DNA of 59,390 nucleotides, the filler included, from Bonamia ostreae (lineage: Eukaryota), in NCBI GenBank assembly GCA_040357525.1. It is 6 parts of 6 records of this genome, joined end to end, with 100 filler letters (N's around TTAATTAATTAA, not from the genome) between each part and the next. Parts side by side here need not be neighbours in the genome. Positions count along the whole stretch, not along the records: positions 1 to 10,025 come from JBDODL010000034.1; positions 10,126 to 20,148 come from JBDODL010000035.1; 4 more parts are not named here. The stretch is one strand, 5' to 3'. The notes beneath the pieces are model-generated. The model saw nothing but the letters and a program-made list of their open reading frames with translations, was not told where the DNA came from and made no database searches. Positions 1-11,645 of this stretch are shown one piece after another (within the stretch, counting starts at the first letter, position 1; each line of letters begins with the position of its first letter). A program made the translations under genes and the position numbers.

Positions 1-13
1 CAAATTTTGTTCT

Positions 14-1522
14 TTAAAACTTTTGTTCTTTTTTACAACAAAAAAGCAAAAAAATCCAACACAAAACCTTTCTCGGCTTGTTATTCCGATCCCGTCTTCT
101 CACCGCATTCGCTTTATTCTTACACTTCTGCGAACAAATCCACGCCATCCGCCTCTCGCTCGACGGAACTCCTCCCGGAACGCAGAAACTGTGAATCGCC
201 CTCGAACACATCGAACACGGCAACAACTTTGTCTGGTGCATCGAACTCCGACACCGAATGCACACTCGCCGCAACGGCAAATTCCCGAAAACACGTTGCT
301 CGTCCAAAAAGTTCCTCCGCAACGGCGCATTCCCAAAATTCGGCGGTCTCAGAGGCGATCCCGCCATCCTCGATTGGCCATACTCGCTCGGCCGAAAAAA
401 AGTGCGCATTCGAAAATTCGCGTTTTGCGACGGAAAATGGCTTTTGAGCCTGTTCCGAATCGCCTCTTGAGACGCCCGCGCCAAATGCATTCTTTGGAGC
501 CGCAACGTGTTTCGGTTGCGTGCCAAGTAGATTTGGTGCTGATGGCGCTTCCATTCCTCCTCTCGCCAGCGCTGCTGCTCGGACAACTGCGCGGCGAGGA
601 GGTCGACCCATTTGCGCTCCTTCTCCGGAGCACGCATTTTCGAGGCGTGATCCGGGCCGTAAAAGAGCACTTTGTCGAGGGCGCTCGCTTTTTCGGGCTC
701 GAGCGCTTTTTTGCCGCGATGGCTTTTGGCGACTTTGTCCGCGAGGAACGACGCCGCGTCGAGCCCGAAACTGAAGTCTCTGCCCGAAACTGGAGTCGGC
801 TGGAAATGCAGCTTGGACGGAGGTCGTTGCTGCGCCGACTTTGGGGCGAAGGGCGGATTTTGCCGGGCGGCTGAGTGCACTGCGTCCGGCTGATTTTTAA
901 GGTTATGGTTAAATTGCGTTTTTAAAGAATGGCCAAGATTCAATGTGTTCTGTGGGAAGTTTGTGTTTTGGGGGTTTTCTTGGTTGTGGGCGCCCATTGT
1001 GGGGAAGTATTTGCTTTTCGCGAGGCGCGGGCCGACGGACGCAGCGGCGCGTTGGAAAGCGCCGTGGGAGAGGGGATGGACGTTGAAAATTTTTTGGTTG
1101 GGCGGGAAAATTTTTTGTTTTAAGTTTTGGTTGGCGGTTAGAGCGAAATGGCTTCCGGGCGAGAAAATGAATTTGTTTTCGGTTTTATTGTTTTTGGGAG
1201 TTGTGTTGTTTTGGATTTTCAGATTTTCTGAAGTTTCAAATTTTGCGATTTTCAGATTTTTCGTGTTTTGGGTCATTTCGTCTTGTTTTAGCAAATTTTG
1301 AATTTTTGGGGCGATTTTTGGGGCGATTTTTTGGGCAATTTTTGAATTTTGTTCAATTTTTTTTCGTTGTTCCGAGCTCTTTTCTGCTGCGGTTTTTTGG
1401 GGCAAGTTTTCAGAGGTCGATTTAATGAGGGAAGCTTTAGAATTTGGAGCTATGTCCGATTTTTGAGTTAAGTTTGGTGAAAAGGAAAGTTCTGGGTTTT
1501 TGTCGTTGGGATTTTCCGCCAT
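14..1522 (-). CDS. PHD-finger protein with long low-complexity N-terminus; 3' end probably continues off the scaffold
   Basis: 502-aa ORF; C-terminal C4-H-C3 pattern CIRC..PCSMCSRAIHSFC..WICSQKC; last residues look like read-through into a GTT intron. Confidence 0.7.
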   Translation of the reverse strand: MAENPNDKNPELSFSPNLTQKSDIAPNSKASLIKSTSENLPQKTAAEKSSEQRKKIEQNSKIAQKIAPKIAPKIQNLLKQDEMTQNTKNLKIAKFETSENLKIQNNTTPKNNKTENKFIFSPGSHFALTANQNLKQKIFPPNQKIFNVHPLSHGAFQRAAASVGPRLAKSKYFPTMGAHNQENPQNTNFPQNTLNLGHSLKTQFNHNLKNQPDAVHSAARQNPPFAPKSAQQRPPSKLHFQPTPVSGRDFSFGLDAASFLADKVAKSHRGKKALEPEKASALDKVLFYGPDHASKMRAPEKERKWVDLLAAQLSEQQRWREEEWKRHQHQIYLARNRNTLRLQRMHLARASQEAIRNRLKSHFPSQNANFRMRTFFRPSEYGQSRMAGSPLRPPNFGNAPLRRNFLDEQRVFGNLPLRRVCIRCRSSMHQTKLLPCSMCSRAIHSFCVPGGVPSSERRMAWICSQKCKNKANAVRRRDRNNKPRKVLCWIFLLFCCKKEQKF

Positions 1523-1695
1523 TAAAAAATTGTCTAATTAGTAATTTTATGTAATATTTTTAAACTTTTTAGTTTGTGTGAAGCTTTTTTTAGTTTATTT
1601 GGTTGTTTAATCGTTCTTCTGGGATGGTCATGTTTTCTCCTAAAACCCGCTGTTTTGTTCTATTCGCCGCGGAGAACAATTTTCTATTTTTTTAG

Positions 1696-1883
1696 TACAA
1701 TTTTTTTCATTATGAACAAATATGAACGAAGAAATTTATTCGTTTTGTTGATTCAAATATTTTCATTTAAATACAAATTTTTTCATTGTGAGCAAATATG
1801 AACGAAGAAATTTATTCGTTTTGTTGATTCAAATATTTTCATTTAAATACAAATTTTTTCATTGTGAGCAAATATGAACGAAG
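1696..1883. repeat. Tandem repeat, 76-bp unit, about 2.5 copies
   Basis: CAAATATGAACGAAG recurs at 1717, 1793 and 1869 with identical intervening sequence. Confidence 0.9.
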
Positions 1884-2202
1884 GAATTTGATGTATAAAT
1901 ACTTAAATTATATCTTTAAATTTTTGCATCAAAGATCAGTTTGTGCTGTAACAATGATTAAAAGCAATGAACAATTACAACGATAATTATGTTTTTTCTG
2001 GCCTCATTTTAACAAAGCACGAACAATTAATAATTGCAATGTCTTTTAAAATATTATTTTGCCCTATACAAATTTACGGTAAATGCGGGTTGGAGAGGGA
2101 AGAGGTAATAAATCAGATTTTACCAAAATATTTAAGAGGTACTAGATTCGAACTTGATTTCTAGTTATATACCAAACTGATCAAATAAATTAATAAAAGA
2201 TA

Positions 2203-3750
2203 ATGACAATGGAAGATTCGTCTAAAAGCGATAAAAATGATATTTGCCGACTTCTCAATATGCACGAGAATAAAATACCTAACGACCTCATCGACACAAA
2301 TAACAACTTGGGAGATCTCATTAATTTGAAGAAGACTGAGTTGCAATCGAAAGATGAAAACCTTGAATTCAAAGTTTACAACTTTTCAGTCAGAAGAATG
2401 GCTTGCTTCAACGATAAAGATCAAAAGGCGTATATGCCACAAACGAACAGAGATGCTTTTTTGAAGCATCCCATGTTAAAAAAGTTGCAGGATTGCTATT
2501 CTGTTTTGGAAATTTTTGACAAATCTTTGAACAAAGTTGTTGCCACTTTTACACTTGAAGGATATATGGGATGCAATGAATCTTTGGTTTCAAAAGTTTT
2601 TAGCGTTACTTTAGATAAGTTCTGAAAGGGACAAAAAATTCGATAAATTTGTATTCATTGAAATTCCGGATGGAAAAGATGTCGCCTTTACCTTTCTTGA
2701 ATTTCGAAAAGAAATTTTCTTTTTCGGAAAATGCGCTGATCAATATTTTTTGTTGAAGGTGAGAAATGAATTTGGCAATTTTGTCGAGTTTTTTTGTAGC
2801 GGCGCCTTCCATGATTTTTCTGAAGCGTGGAAAAAGTTTTGGAGAAATTTGAAAATTTTGAAAAATGTTAAAATTCACAAAAAAATAGTTATGACGATAA
2901 TTTGAAAAGCGATTTGATAACAAAATTATCCTCCGGCAATGGTAGCACAGTTCGTGGTATCTATAAAGATGGAAGCGGATGTTTGCCAATGAAAGGTGAT
3001 GACACATTATTCTTTGGTCTCTATGAAAATATTGGTATCAAAAATTCTGAATCTCAAAAGATCCAAAATATCGATGAAACAATGCAATTTTTTGAAAATA
3101 TGAATATAAAAACAGCAAAACATTTTGAAATGAGCAAATTGACTAGAGATGAAAGTTTAAAAATGTTTAATTACAAAAATAGAAAAGGAATTACGCTTCA
3201 ACGAAAACGTTAAAAAATACATTATTTATTACCAAATAAATGGAGATAACAATTTGACAGAAGAATTCTATACTTGCGATTATATTCTGAATAAATTATT
3301 GTGTGATTGGCTTTCGGAAAATGAAAAAAAGATAGAAAATCTTGTTGATTTGAAGAGAAGAATATTTAATAAGAATTTTGATTTAAAAATGCCTCGCGAT
3401 AAATACAACGTTTAAAATTAAATTTTAAGTTATATAAAAGGAAGATGATCGCCTTTGTCAAATCTTTTGTCGATTTAAATATTAATTTCGATTCTGAAAA
3501 CTTTGTAAATTTTTGGAATAGACTTGAATCGAAAATTTATGAAAAAATTTCCGTAAATAAAAGATCGTTAATATTTGTTTTAAAAAATGAATCTAATACG
3601 AAAAATGAATCGAAAACTAAGGAAAAGAAACAATTGAAACAAAAAGAAACAAATAAACAAGGAAAAGGGAACAGAAAAAAGGATGTTAAGAAAATAAACA
3701 AAGAAACAAAACAAGATAATCAAGAAAACATATTTTATGTTTATTATTGA
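2203..3750 (+). CDS. Multi-exon hypothetical protein; boundaries approximate, may start at 1967
   Basis: Same-strand ORF pieces 2203-2625, 2902-3213 and 3445-3750 linkable by short GT-AG introns (e.g. gtttttagcgttactttag near 2596). Confidence 0.5.
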
Positions 3751-3782
3751 ATTAAATGGATATGCCTTTTTGGTAAATTTTA

Positions 3783-3881
3783 TCAATTTTAATAAAACGT
3801 CGATAATTTTTGTTCAATTTTAATAAAACGTCGATAATTTTTGTTCAATTTTAATAAAAAGTCGATAATTTTTGTTCAATT
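3783..3881. repeat. Tandem repeat, 31-bp unit x3
   Basis: TCAATTTTAATAAAACGTCGATAATTTTTGT at 3783, 3814 and 3845 (one mismatch). Confidence 0.9.
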
Positions 3882-3907
3882 GCAATTTAAAAAAAATTTG
3901 AAATTTA

Positions 3908-4427
3908 TTAATCTTCTGATGAAGAATAATCAACAATCGCTTTTTTAATTTTGAAATTTTCTTTTTTGATTGATTTTAAATAAATCGCAGAATCAAATTT
4001 TCTCTTTTTTTCTTTTTTGATTTCAAATGTTTTTTCTATTTTACTTCGAACTTTTTTCAATCTCTTTTTTGATTAGTTTTTCTAAAAATAACATCAAAAT
4101 TTTCTTTTTCTACAATCTCGTTATTTTTCAAACGAATTTGTTTAATTTTGTCTGTTTGAATTTGCTCTTCCAAATATTTAATTTCGTCCTCATCAACCGC
4201 TTTTGGCGGCTCTTTTAATTAAAAATTTTTTCAAATTTTCAAAATTTACGGTTTTTTATAAAAGTTCTATTTTCTTCTTTTTTGTTCTCCTTCAACTGAT
4301 CGTACAAAGATCTGATTTTTTGTTTTTTTGTTTCTTCCGATTTTCTGATGTTTTTATTGTGTTTAAAGGGTTTGTTATACGAAAAGCCATCTTTAGAAAC
4401 AAGCTTTTCTGATCGAACAAAATCCAT
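3908..4427 (-). CDS. FAM192A/PSME3IP1 (NIP30)-like protein, intron-containing
   Basis: MDFV..RSLYDQLKENKKEE, then after an intron PPKAVDEDEIKYL, and C-terminal IVDYSSSED; matches the Nefa_Nip30_N family pattern. Confidence 0.65.
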
Positions 4428-4506
4428 TTTTAATAAAGTTTTACTTTTTTACATATGTAAATAATTTAAAATTATATTATTCATCATTAATAATTAAAGC
4501 TTCACA

Positions 4507-7096
4507 ATGAGCTTAATTTTAAGAATATCTCATTCGTCGGGAATGAAAAGAATTGATGCGGATTTGAATGATAACATTGCAATTTTCCAGAAGAAAATCG
4601 AGTCTATTACGGGCGTAAATCCTCAAAATCAAATGTTGTCTACTACTTCAATGGGAAATCCTAATGTTTCATCTTAAATTTTAAGTTCATCGATTTGGAA
4701 AACAAAAGTGCACTTTTAAAAGATTTTAATTTTAAGTTTTTATTAAAATATTGATTTTTATATTGACAAATAATTAAAAACAAAATGGTAAATTTTTAAA
4801 ACAGAAATGGAAAAATTTTGTATTTGATATCGGATGGACAAAATATTAGCAAAATGGCTAAAAACGAAAGTTTATTTGAACGCTCTGACAAATGTCAGCA
4901 CGATTTAAAAACAAGATGTCCTTATTGCGTTATTATTTAGACAATAATTAAATCAAAGTTGACAAATATTTTTAAATTAATTTAAAATAAAAATGTCTTT
5001 TTGTTAAATAGAAAGCGAAAAAAGAAGTTGAAATAAAGAAAAAGTGCTTTCATGGAGATAAAGGATTTTGTTTAAATTGCAGTCCGTTAGTCAATTCAAA
5101 AAAGAAAATTAGAAATAAATGTTATCATAAAGAAGATACTTTCTGTAACAATTGTATTCCAGACAGAAAATTGGTTTTAAAATAATTGTTAAAAGCAAAT
5201 TTGCTCAAAATTATTAAAAAATAAATTTGCTCAAAATAATAACAAAACATTTGTAAAAAACAAATTTGCTCAAAATTATTAAAAAATAAATTTGCTCAAA
5301 ATAATAACAAAACATNNNNNNNNNNNNNNNNNNNNNNNNNNNNNNNNNNNNNNNNNNNNNNNNNNNNNNNNNNNNNNNNNNNNNNNNNNNNNNNNNNNNN
5401 NNNNNNNNNNNNNNNCAAATTTGCTCAAAATTATTAAAAAATAAATTTGCTCAAAATAATAACAAAACATTTGTAAAAAGCAAATTTGCTCAAAATAATA
5501 AAAAGACAATTGTAAATATTTAAATAATTAGACGAAAAATGAAGACCGACAAATATTGAAAGAACAAAATTGTTTTTGTTCGAATTCGAAACAAAGATGT
5601 ATATATTGCAGCTTGGCAAATAAAAAAATATCAGACTACGCTGATTCAAAACATATTAGCTCATATTCAAAATTTTTGGCTGATAAAAGAGATAATTGTA
5701 ATCACCAAAAAAGCAGTTTCGACACCAAAACTAAATTTTGTGCAATGTGCAGTTTTTTATAATTTTTTTACCAAATTTCTAAATTTACCGAAGTAAATTT
5801 TAATTAACATTAAAAAATAGAACCAGAAAAGATTATTTCGTACAAAATAAAACAATGCAAAAATCATGCGCCGTGGCCAAAAGGAATTTGCTCACAATGC
5901 ACTCCGCCGACAGCCGTTATAAAATTGCAAAATTATCGCCATTGCGATGAAGTTTCCGTAATGGATACGCGTCCATTACAAAAATTTATTTCGAGTTGGC
6001 TAAACAATCCCGAAATTAGGAAAGTCTGTTTTTTGATTGGCTCTTATTCAAAAATTGAAACCGGAGATTCCTCTTTTCTTACAAGAGCGGAAATTCAAGC
6101 CATTTATTTGCCACCGCATGTTTCAAGTATGAACTCTGTTACATTCAAAAAGTTTGAAATTTTTATAATTTGGCCATTTTTGCAATCGACAAATTTTTAC
6201 ATTTTATAGAATTTTTATAATTTGGCCATTGTTGCAATCGAAAAATTTTATAAAATTTGCAAAAATTTTTTACATATTTTATAATTATTCTTTAAAAAAT
6301 ATTCCAAAAAAGGGATCCAAATTTTGAATCCGTAAAGAAAATAGCCGAATCCGCAAAATTGCAAATAATCGGATGGGCTTTTACATCCATTCCCCGCAGT
6401 GATAAAAAATATGGCGGGGAAATGTTCTTATCGGCAGCAGAAATCAGACAAGCATCAAAATTCCAATCCTCTTTCTGTGATAATCTCGACCACAGCCAAT
6501 TCATAACAATGGTAATTTCACGTTTTTTGTACATGAAAACTAAAAATTAGACAACGAAGAAGGCCAAATTGAACCAAAGTGCTATCAAGTTTCGGATCAA
6601 TGCGGTTTTTACAAATAAAAAAAGTTGCTCTGGAAAGAGAAAATATCATAATCGAAGCTGACGACCCCGGATTTATGGTTTATAGACTTTACCAATTTTT
6701 ACAATTTAGACATTGCCGACATTTGGCAAAGACAAATATGCTCCAAACGTCATATACAAAACTTCACAAGTGTCTGCCGGGGATAAATTTCTCCCAGACG
6801 AATTTTTGGTCAAATTGGGGTCGATGCAGCCAGAAAAGCCAAAGCGGTTTTTCGAACGGTGCGAATTCCCGTTAGAAAATGTCGCGCTCCAGGATATCCA
6901 GAGTTTTGTTTCGAGAACTATCGAATTGCCATACCACAAAAAGTTCTCGGACTTTAATGCTGTTTTATGGATACGTTCCTTAATCGGGATCGAAGCAACA
7001 ATAAAGTTAATGCGATGTGTAGCAGCTAACGAATCTGTTACAAATCAAGTGGGCGAAGCTTTAGACACTAATCTTGCTAAATATTTTGGGTATTAG
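4507..7096 (+). CDS. NPL4: Nuclear protein localization protein 4 (Cdc48/p97 cofactor), multi-exon
   Basis: Ubiquitin-like N-terminus (MSLILRISHSSGMKRI), CKNHAPWPKGICSQCTPP, LQNYRHCD, AEIQAIYLPP, IIGWAFT, FLSAAEI, EFPLEN, KFSDFN. Confidence 0.92.
5196..5500. repeat. Intronic minisatellite (65-bp unit) within NPL4, spanning a 100-N gap at 5316-5415
   Basis: CAAATTTGCTCAAAATTATTAAAAAATAAATTTGCTCAAAATAAT at 5196, 5261 and 5416. Confidence 0.85.
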
Positions 7097-7283
7097 TAAA
7101 TGACAATATAATGAGCGAGTTTATTGTTTAATGGCGGAATTTTTTAAAATTGTATTTGTTAGCATTTACACAAAGATTTAAATATGACAAAAATTTCTGA
7201 AAAACCAAAATTTTTAAAAATGGTCTTCAAAAAACTTTAAAAAATTTGCATTTTGAAAAGTGAGTTCAACCAAATAATAAAAT

Positions 7284-7862
7284 TTATTTCATAGAAACAG
7301 AATCGGTAATTTCCTGTAGTTTGGCAAAATTTGCATTAAAATTGGAATCGACTTTGGAGGCGCTTTTGGAAACTTTCCAATTATCCAGATCGAAAGTGTT
7401 CCAAGTCAAACTTTTTGCTTCGTAGTGGTACCATTTCTGGAGTTTTTTGTGGTATCTCCAGTTTCTTTTATACAGCTCCATGGCGGCATAATATTGCAAT
7501 TGGTCACGAGGCATGTCGTAAAAAATGTAAAAAAGCGTTTTAAGCGGGAGTTTTTGAAAGGTGGAAGTTTTAAGGGATTGTTGTCGAGAATAATAACAAT
7601 AAGGCAAAGTGAAACTGTTTTTCTTGGTCTCTTCGTTAATAAACGGGCCTGCAAAATCTTCGTACTTGAATGTTTTCAACTCTTCCGGTAGAAACACCTC
7701 TTCCAATTGCTGCCCGAACAAACAAATCTTCAAGCCCTTCTGATTCGTGGAACTGAGTTCTTCAAAGGCTTTTATCCCATATTCGGTCGAATTCAATTCT
7801 TCGCTCTAAACACAAATAGCGCAAAAAACCATCCCAAATTTGTACGGAGGGAGTCCTGTCAT
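7284..7862 (-). CDS. CNOT2: CCR4-NOT subunit NOT2 (NOT-box protein)
   Basis: TLFYIFYDMPRDQLQYYAAMELYKRNWRYHKKL plus upstream YG..FAGPF..FTLPYCY; start MTGLPPYKFGM joined by a 24-nt GTT..TAG intron. Confidence 0.85.
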
Positions 7863-7973
7863 ATAGTAGAACAGCTTATTTATCGTTAACGTTTTTCTAT
7901 AAAACGATATTTTGCTTTATATAGACATTTATTAATAACGAAAACATTCGTAATATATTGGAAATCGATAAAA

Positions 7974-8502
7974 ATGCCTCATTCTGACTCAAACGAAAAA
8001 GCTGATATTACGTTGCCAGGAAGAGAGATCACAAAATTGTATTACAGCGCCGTCTTCCCCGCCGCGTGGGAACTAACAAAACACGTCTCCAGAATTGTTG
8101 GCGCCGAATGGCACTTCGACAAAAAGTGGCCGAAGCACTACCTCACCGGAATGCAAAGTCTCAGCTACCCCGACGTGGGCGCGCAAGACGACAGAGATCC
8201 ATTCGGGCCCGGCCTCTACTGCACCGCCGTCACCGACGACATCTCCGCTTTTCTGCAACCGCTCATTAATCGAATCAACAACAAATCGGGCTACGTCAAC
8301 AACTTTGTTCTTCTTTTGGAATTAATCAACTCCGACATCTTTGGTAACAAAGACAAAGTCAAAACACTGTGCTCCGATTGGGAACCGTTCGGGGAGACCA
8401 AATCCAGAGTCGTCTCCACGAACGGGACCGTCTACGTTTTCCATTGCTCCGTCACCGATCCGATCGGAATGATCGACAAAGTCAACGCGATGGTAGACCA
8501 AG
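7974..8502 (+). CDS. Hypothetical protein, apparently intronless, runs into a 10-N gap
   Basis: About 176 open codons with C-ending codon bias and aaaATG start context. Confidence 0.7.
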
Positions 8503-8546
8503 NNNNNNNNNNTTGTTATATTTTTTAATGATTTTTGTGTATTCAA

Positions 8547-9420
8547 TGTATTTTGGTGATGACTGCCGTTATTTTATTAAATTATATCTTGTTTATTTTT
8601 ATTATACAGTTGTTGCTTGTATAAATTTTCTTTAAATTTTTTTCTTTTATTTAATTTTTCATTTGATTACTAGTATAGACATTATATTTTGCTATTTAGT
8701 TTGGCTTGTTGGTTTTTTATTATTTTTAATATTTTAAACAAAATGTTAAATAAAAAATAAAAACCCACAAAGTGTGGCGCGACCTGGATAAGTCGATAAA
8801 GGAGAATGTGAGTGAAATGAGTTATGGGATGCCTTGGAGCATCAGAGACCCATCGCTGATCGAACAATTTTTCCAAAAATACAAAAAGTTTGTGCAGAGA
8901 AACGACTCTACTTTGAATTACGAGCGATTGAGTATCGTCGAAAAGGGAATAAAGAGCTGCGTCGATCTGCGCTTCGAAAGCGACAAACTTAAAGAGGAGA
9001 TGGTTCATATAGCTGAAACCATCAACCTCAACTTTTCATCCATTCTAAGCGTCTCGGAGTTAGCTTTCTATAATTCTTAATATTATCGATTTTTCTTGAT
9101 TATTAGTTGATCTTCATATAATAAATCTAAAGAAAGTTCAGTGGATACCAAGTGATCCAGAAGCTCGGATACTGTAGATCTCAGGTCAGTGCATTGTTGC
9201 TTTATGTGAAGGGACTTGGAAACAGGATAAGAGTTGAGGAACAGGCGTGCTTCAAAGTAAAAGCCGTTTTCGAGTTTGAAAAAAGTTTTAGAAATAAATG
9301 TAAGATGTGGATTCGAGATTGTCTTTTACGAAATTTGAGGAGTTGCAGAAAGTTTCTGAGTTTTCTCAGATAAGAGGGAATTTCTACGACGGGTTTCAGT
9401 TTGTTCGACGTGAAAATTAA
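8547..9420 (+). CDS. Hypothetical multi-exon protein; boundaries approximate
   Basis: Coding-like ORF pieces 8772-9080 and 9152-9373 separated by AT-rich intron-like stretches. Confidence 0.4.
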
Positions 9421-9455
9421 ATATTTTATTATTGTTTTTAAAGCAAATCTTTTCT

Positions 9456-10025
9456 TTAATAATACTTTTCCAAAGGCGTAATTAAAATTCTCTTTGCAAA
9501 AACGAATCTCTGCAGATTTTGAGTCAACTTTAATTTACATTTTAGTATATTTTTAAGAGTTAAATTTTTTAATAAGCCGAAAGCTTTTATTATTAATAAA
9601 ATTGATATAATAAAATGTCGATTCAGAATTTTGCTCTGCACGAAAACAACATTGGCAGTCATCTAGTCTTTTACATGCCAAATATTATTTATGAAAAAGC
9701 ACTTAGCTTTATTTCACATTGTTTTTTAAAGCGTAATTTTATTTGAGAAAAATGTCTTTGTTTAAAAATGTATTTTTTAAATTATGTTTACGAAAATTGA
9801 AAATCAAAGGGTGGTTTTGCACAACGTGTATTAGTTTTGTTGTCATTTCGTCTATCCCGAGAATATTTGTTACCATCCACGCTTTTGTAAGCGTTTGTTT
9901 ATATATCGCTTCAATCGATAATGGCCCGAATTCAAAAATCACTTTTGAGAGCACTTCCGCGTTAATCACAAATGACCTCAAAAATTACAATTTTAAAACT
10001 TCTTTAACCGATCTTATCGTTTTTA
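9456..10025 (-). CDS. 3' part of a hypothetical gene, truncated by scaffold end
   Basis: Minus-strand ORF pieces 9739-9981 and 9456-9662; no family recognised. Confidence 0.3.
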
Positions 10026-10125
10026 NNNNNNNNNNNNNNNNNNNNNNNNNNNNNNNNNNNNNNNNNNNNTTAATTAATTAANNNNNNNNNNNNNNNNNNN
10101 NNNNNNNNNNNNNNNNNNNNNNNNN
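10026..10125. other. Artificial scaffold linker
   Basis: N44-TTAATTAATTAA-N44, stops in all six frames. Confidence 0.98.
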
Positions 10126-10224
10126 TTTTATACAAAAATAGCCGGAAATTGAGTTAATATTTTGGAAAATAAAAGTTTAATATTTTGCACAAAATTTTTA
10201 TAGAAAAATAATTTGCACAAAATA

Positions 10225-10723
10225 TTATAAGATGAAAACTTGCATATGAGATTTGACATGCGAAATTTTTTTAAAAAGCTTGCTGCATATTTTACAAGAA
10301 TAATTTTTCTCTTTTTCGTCTTGGGTCGACTTGAGACGCATCTTGTGTCGCTTTAGCACATTGATTTCCATTTTCTTCTTAGTCTCCGTGAAGTACGCCT
10401 TTTCGTCTTTCATTTGCATCAATGGCGCTGATTTTTTAAATTTACACAAAATCGTGTTTAATTGACAACATAAATTGCATTCGCGTGTAAACACTATACG
10501 GGAAAAAGAATACTAAAAAGACATAAAGAAAACGGAGAGAGTTTACGTTTATGTAGTTTAGGTCATTGAATGAATCATGTAAATCATATTCGACATCCTC
10601 GTGCTGCTGCAGGAAATCCTTCAAAGAAGGGACCCGGCCATACGAAATGTCATTAAGATAATGGTTTGGCACTTTTTTTTGCGTCTCGAAAAATTCGAAC
10701 AAATTCTGATATCTGTCCATCAT
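10225..10723 (-). CDS. C2H2 zinc-finger protein, 3' partial
   Basis: YSCKICSKLFKKISHVKSHMQ finger; exons 10723-~10528 and ~10494-~10240. Confidence 0.7.
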
Positions 10724-11318
10724 TTCTTTTACGTTTTTTTATACGATGGATAAATAAAATATACAGCACCGCCCGAGTCTATAAGCAGTTCATATAGTAA
10801 GGTTTGGAAACTTTAAACGCCTTCGCTATAACGCACTTATAATTACTTTTAGTTACAAAATAAAAACTGCACTTTCATCTAATATAAAATTTTGCGCACT
10901 TGTAATACATATTTAACGAACAGAAAACGAAAAAAATCGTTTTTATAAAATTTCTGTCCAAATAATAGTAGATAAATGAGAGGTTTGCGAGAAAAAATAA
11001 GGCCAACCCTTTTGCAATAAAGCAGAGATTTCTAATTGTGAACTAACCTTGCTTGGTTTAAGTACTTGAATTTTATCACAGAGAAAATAATTATCAAAGT
11101 TTAGCGATAATTATCAAATTGTGCAAAAATTTTAAGTGAAAATTACGTGAAAATTTGTAAATTTTCGATATTTTATGTGTGAAAGTTGCATAAAAATTGT
11201 GCAACAATTTTGCAAATCTTCGATATTTTCGTGTGAAAATAGCATAAAAATTTTGCAAGTCCTCGATTATTATATTTGAAAAAATCACAAATTTTGCAAT
11301 TTAATTATTGTTTAAAAA

Positions 11319-11595
11319 TTATTTGTTCTTATTACGTTCATCTACACTTTTGCACATAATCTCTCTCAACTTTTCATTGACCCCCTGTTTTTTAAATTCT
11401 TCGAGCATTTCCTTATTTGCTCCTTTAAAAGGTTTCGGAGGTTTTTGTTTTCGAGGCGTCTGAAGCGCGTGTGATAATGTTTCGTCTACTTTTTTTCGCC
11501 TTTCTTCTGTTTTGATGTCGAACAAACTACAATCTTTTAATATCAAATTAATCAATACAAATCAACGCACCTTCAATGTTTTCGTTTTTGCCCAT
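11319..11595 (-). CDS. Small basic hypothetical protein (two exons)
   Basis: MGKNENIE joined by a GT-AG intron to DCSLFDIKTEERRKK..NK*. Confidence 0.5.
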
Positions 11596-11645
11596 TAAAA
11601 ATTTTAGATTAATTAAAATTTGTTAAATTTTGCTCCACAAAATTT

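Noticed and set aside
7-1425. Plus-strand ORFs overlapping the PHD gene, and similar antisense ORFs over MCM6 and the caprin-like gene
   Set aside because: Shadow ORFs expected from GC-rich or low-complexity coding sequence; no motifs
1696-5500. 31-, 65- and 76-bp repeats as CRISPR arrays
   Set aside because: Head-to-tail copies without unique spacers, no cas genes, eukaryotic context
10070-10081. Recurrent TTAATTAATTAA palindrome about every 10 kb as a biological motif
   Set aside because: Always centred in N44 flanks; it is a six-frame-stop concatenation linker
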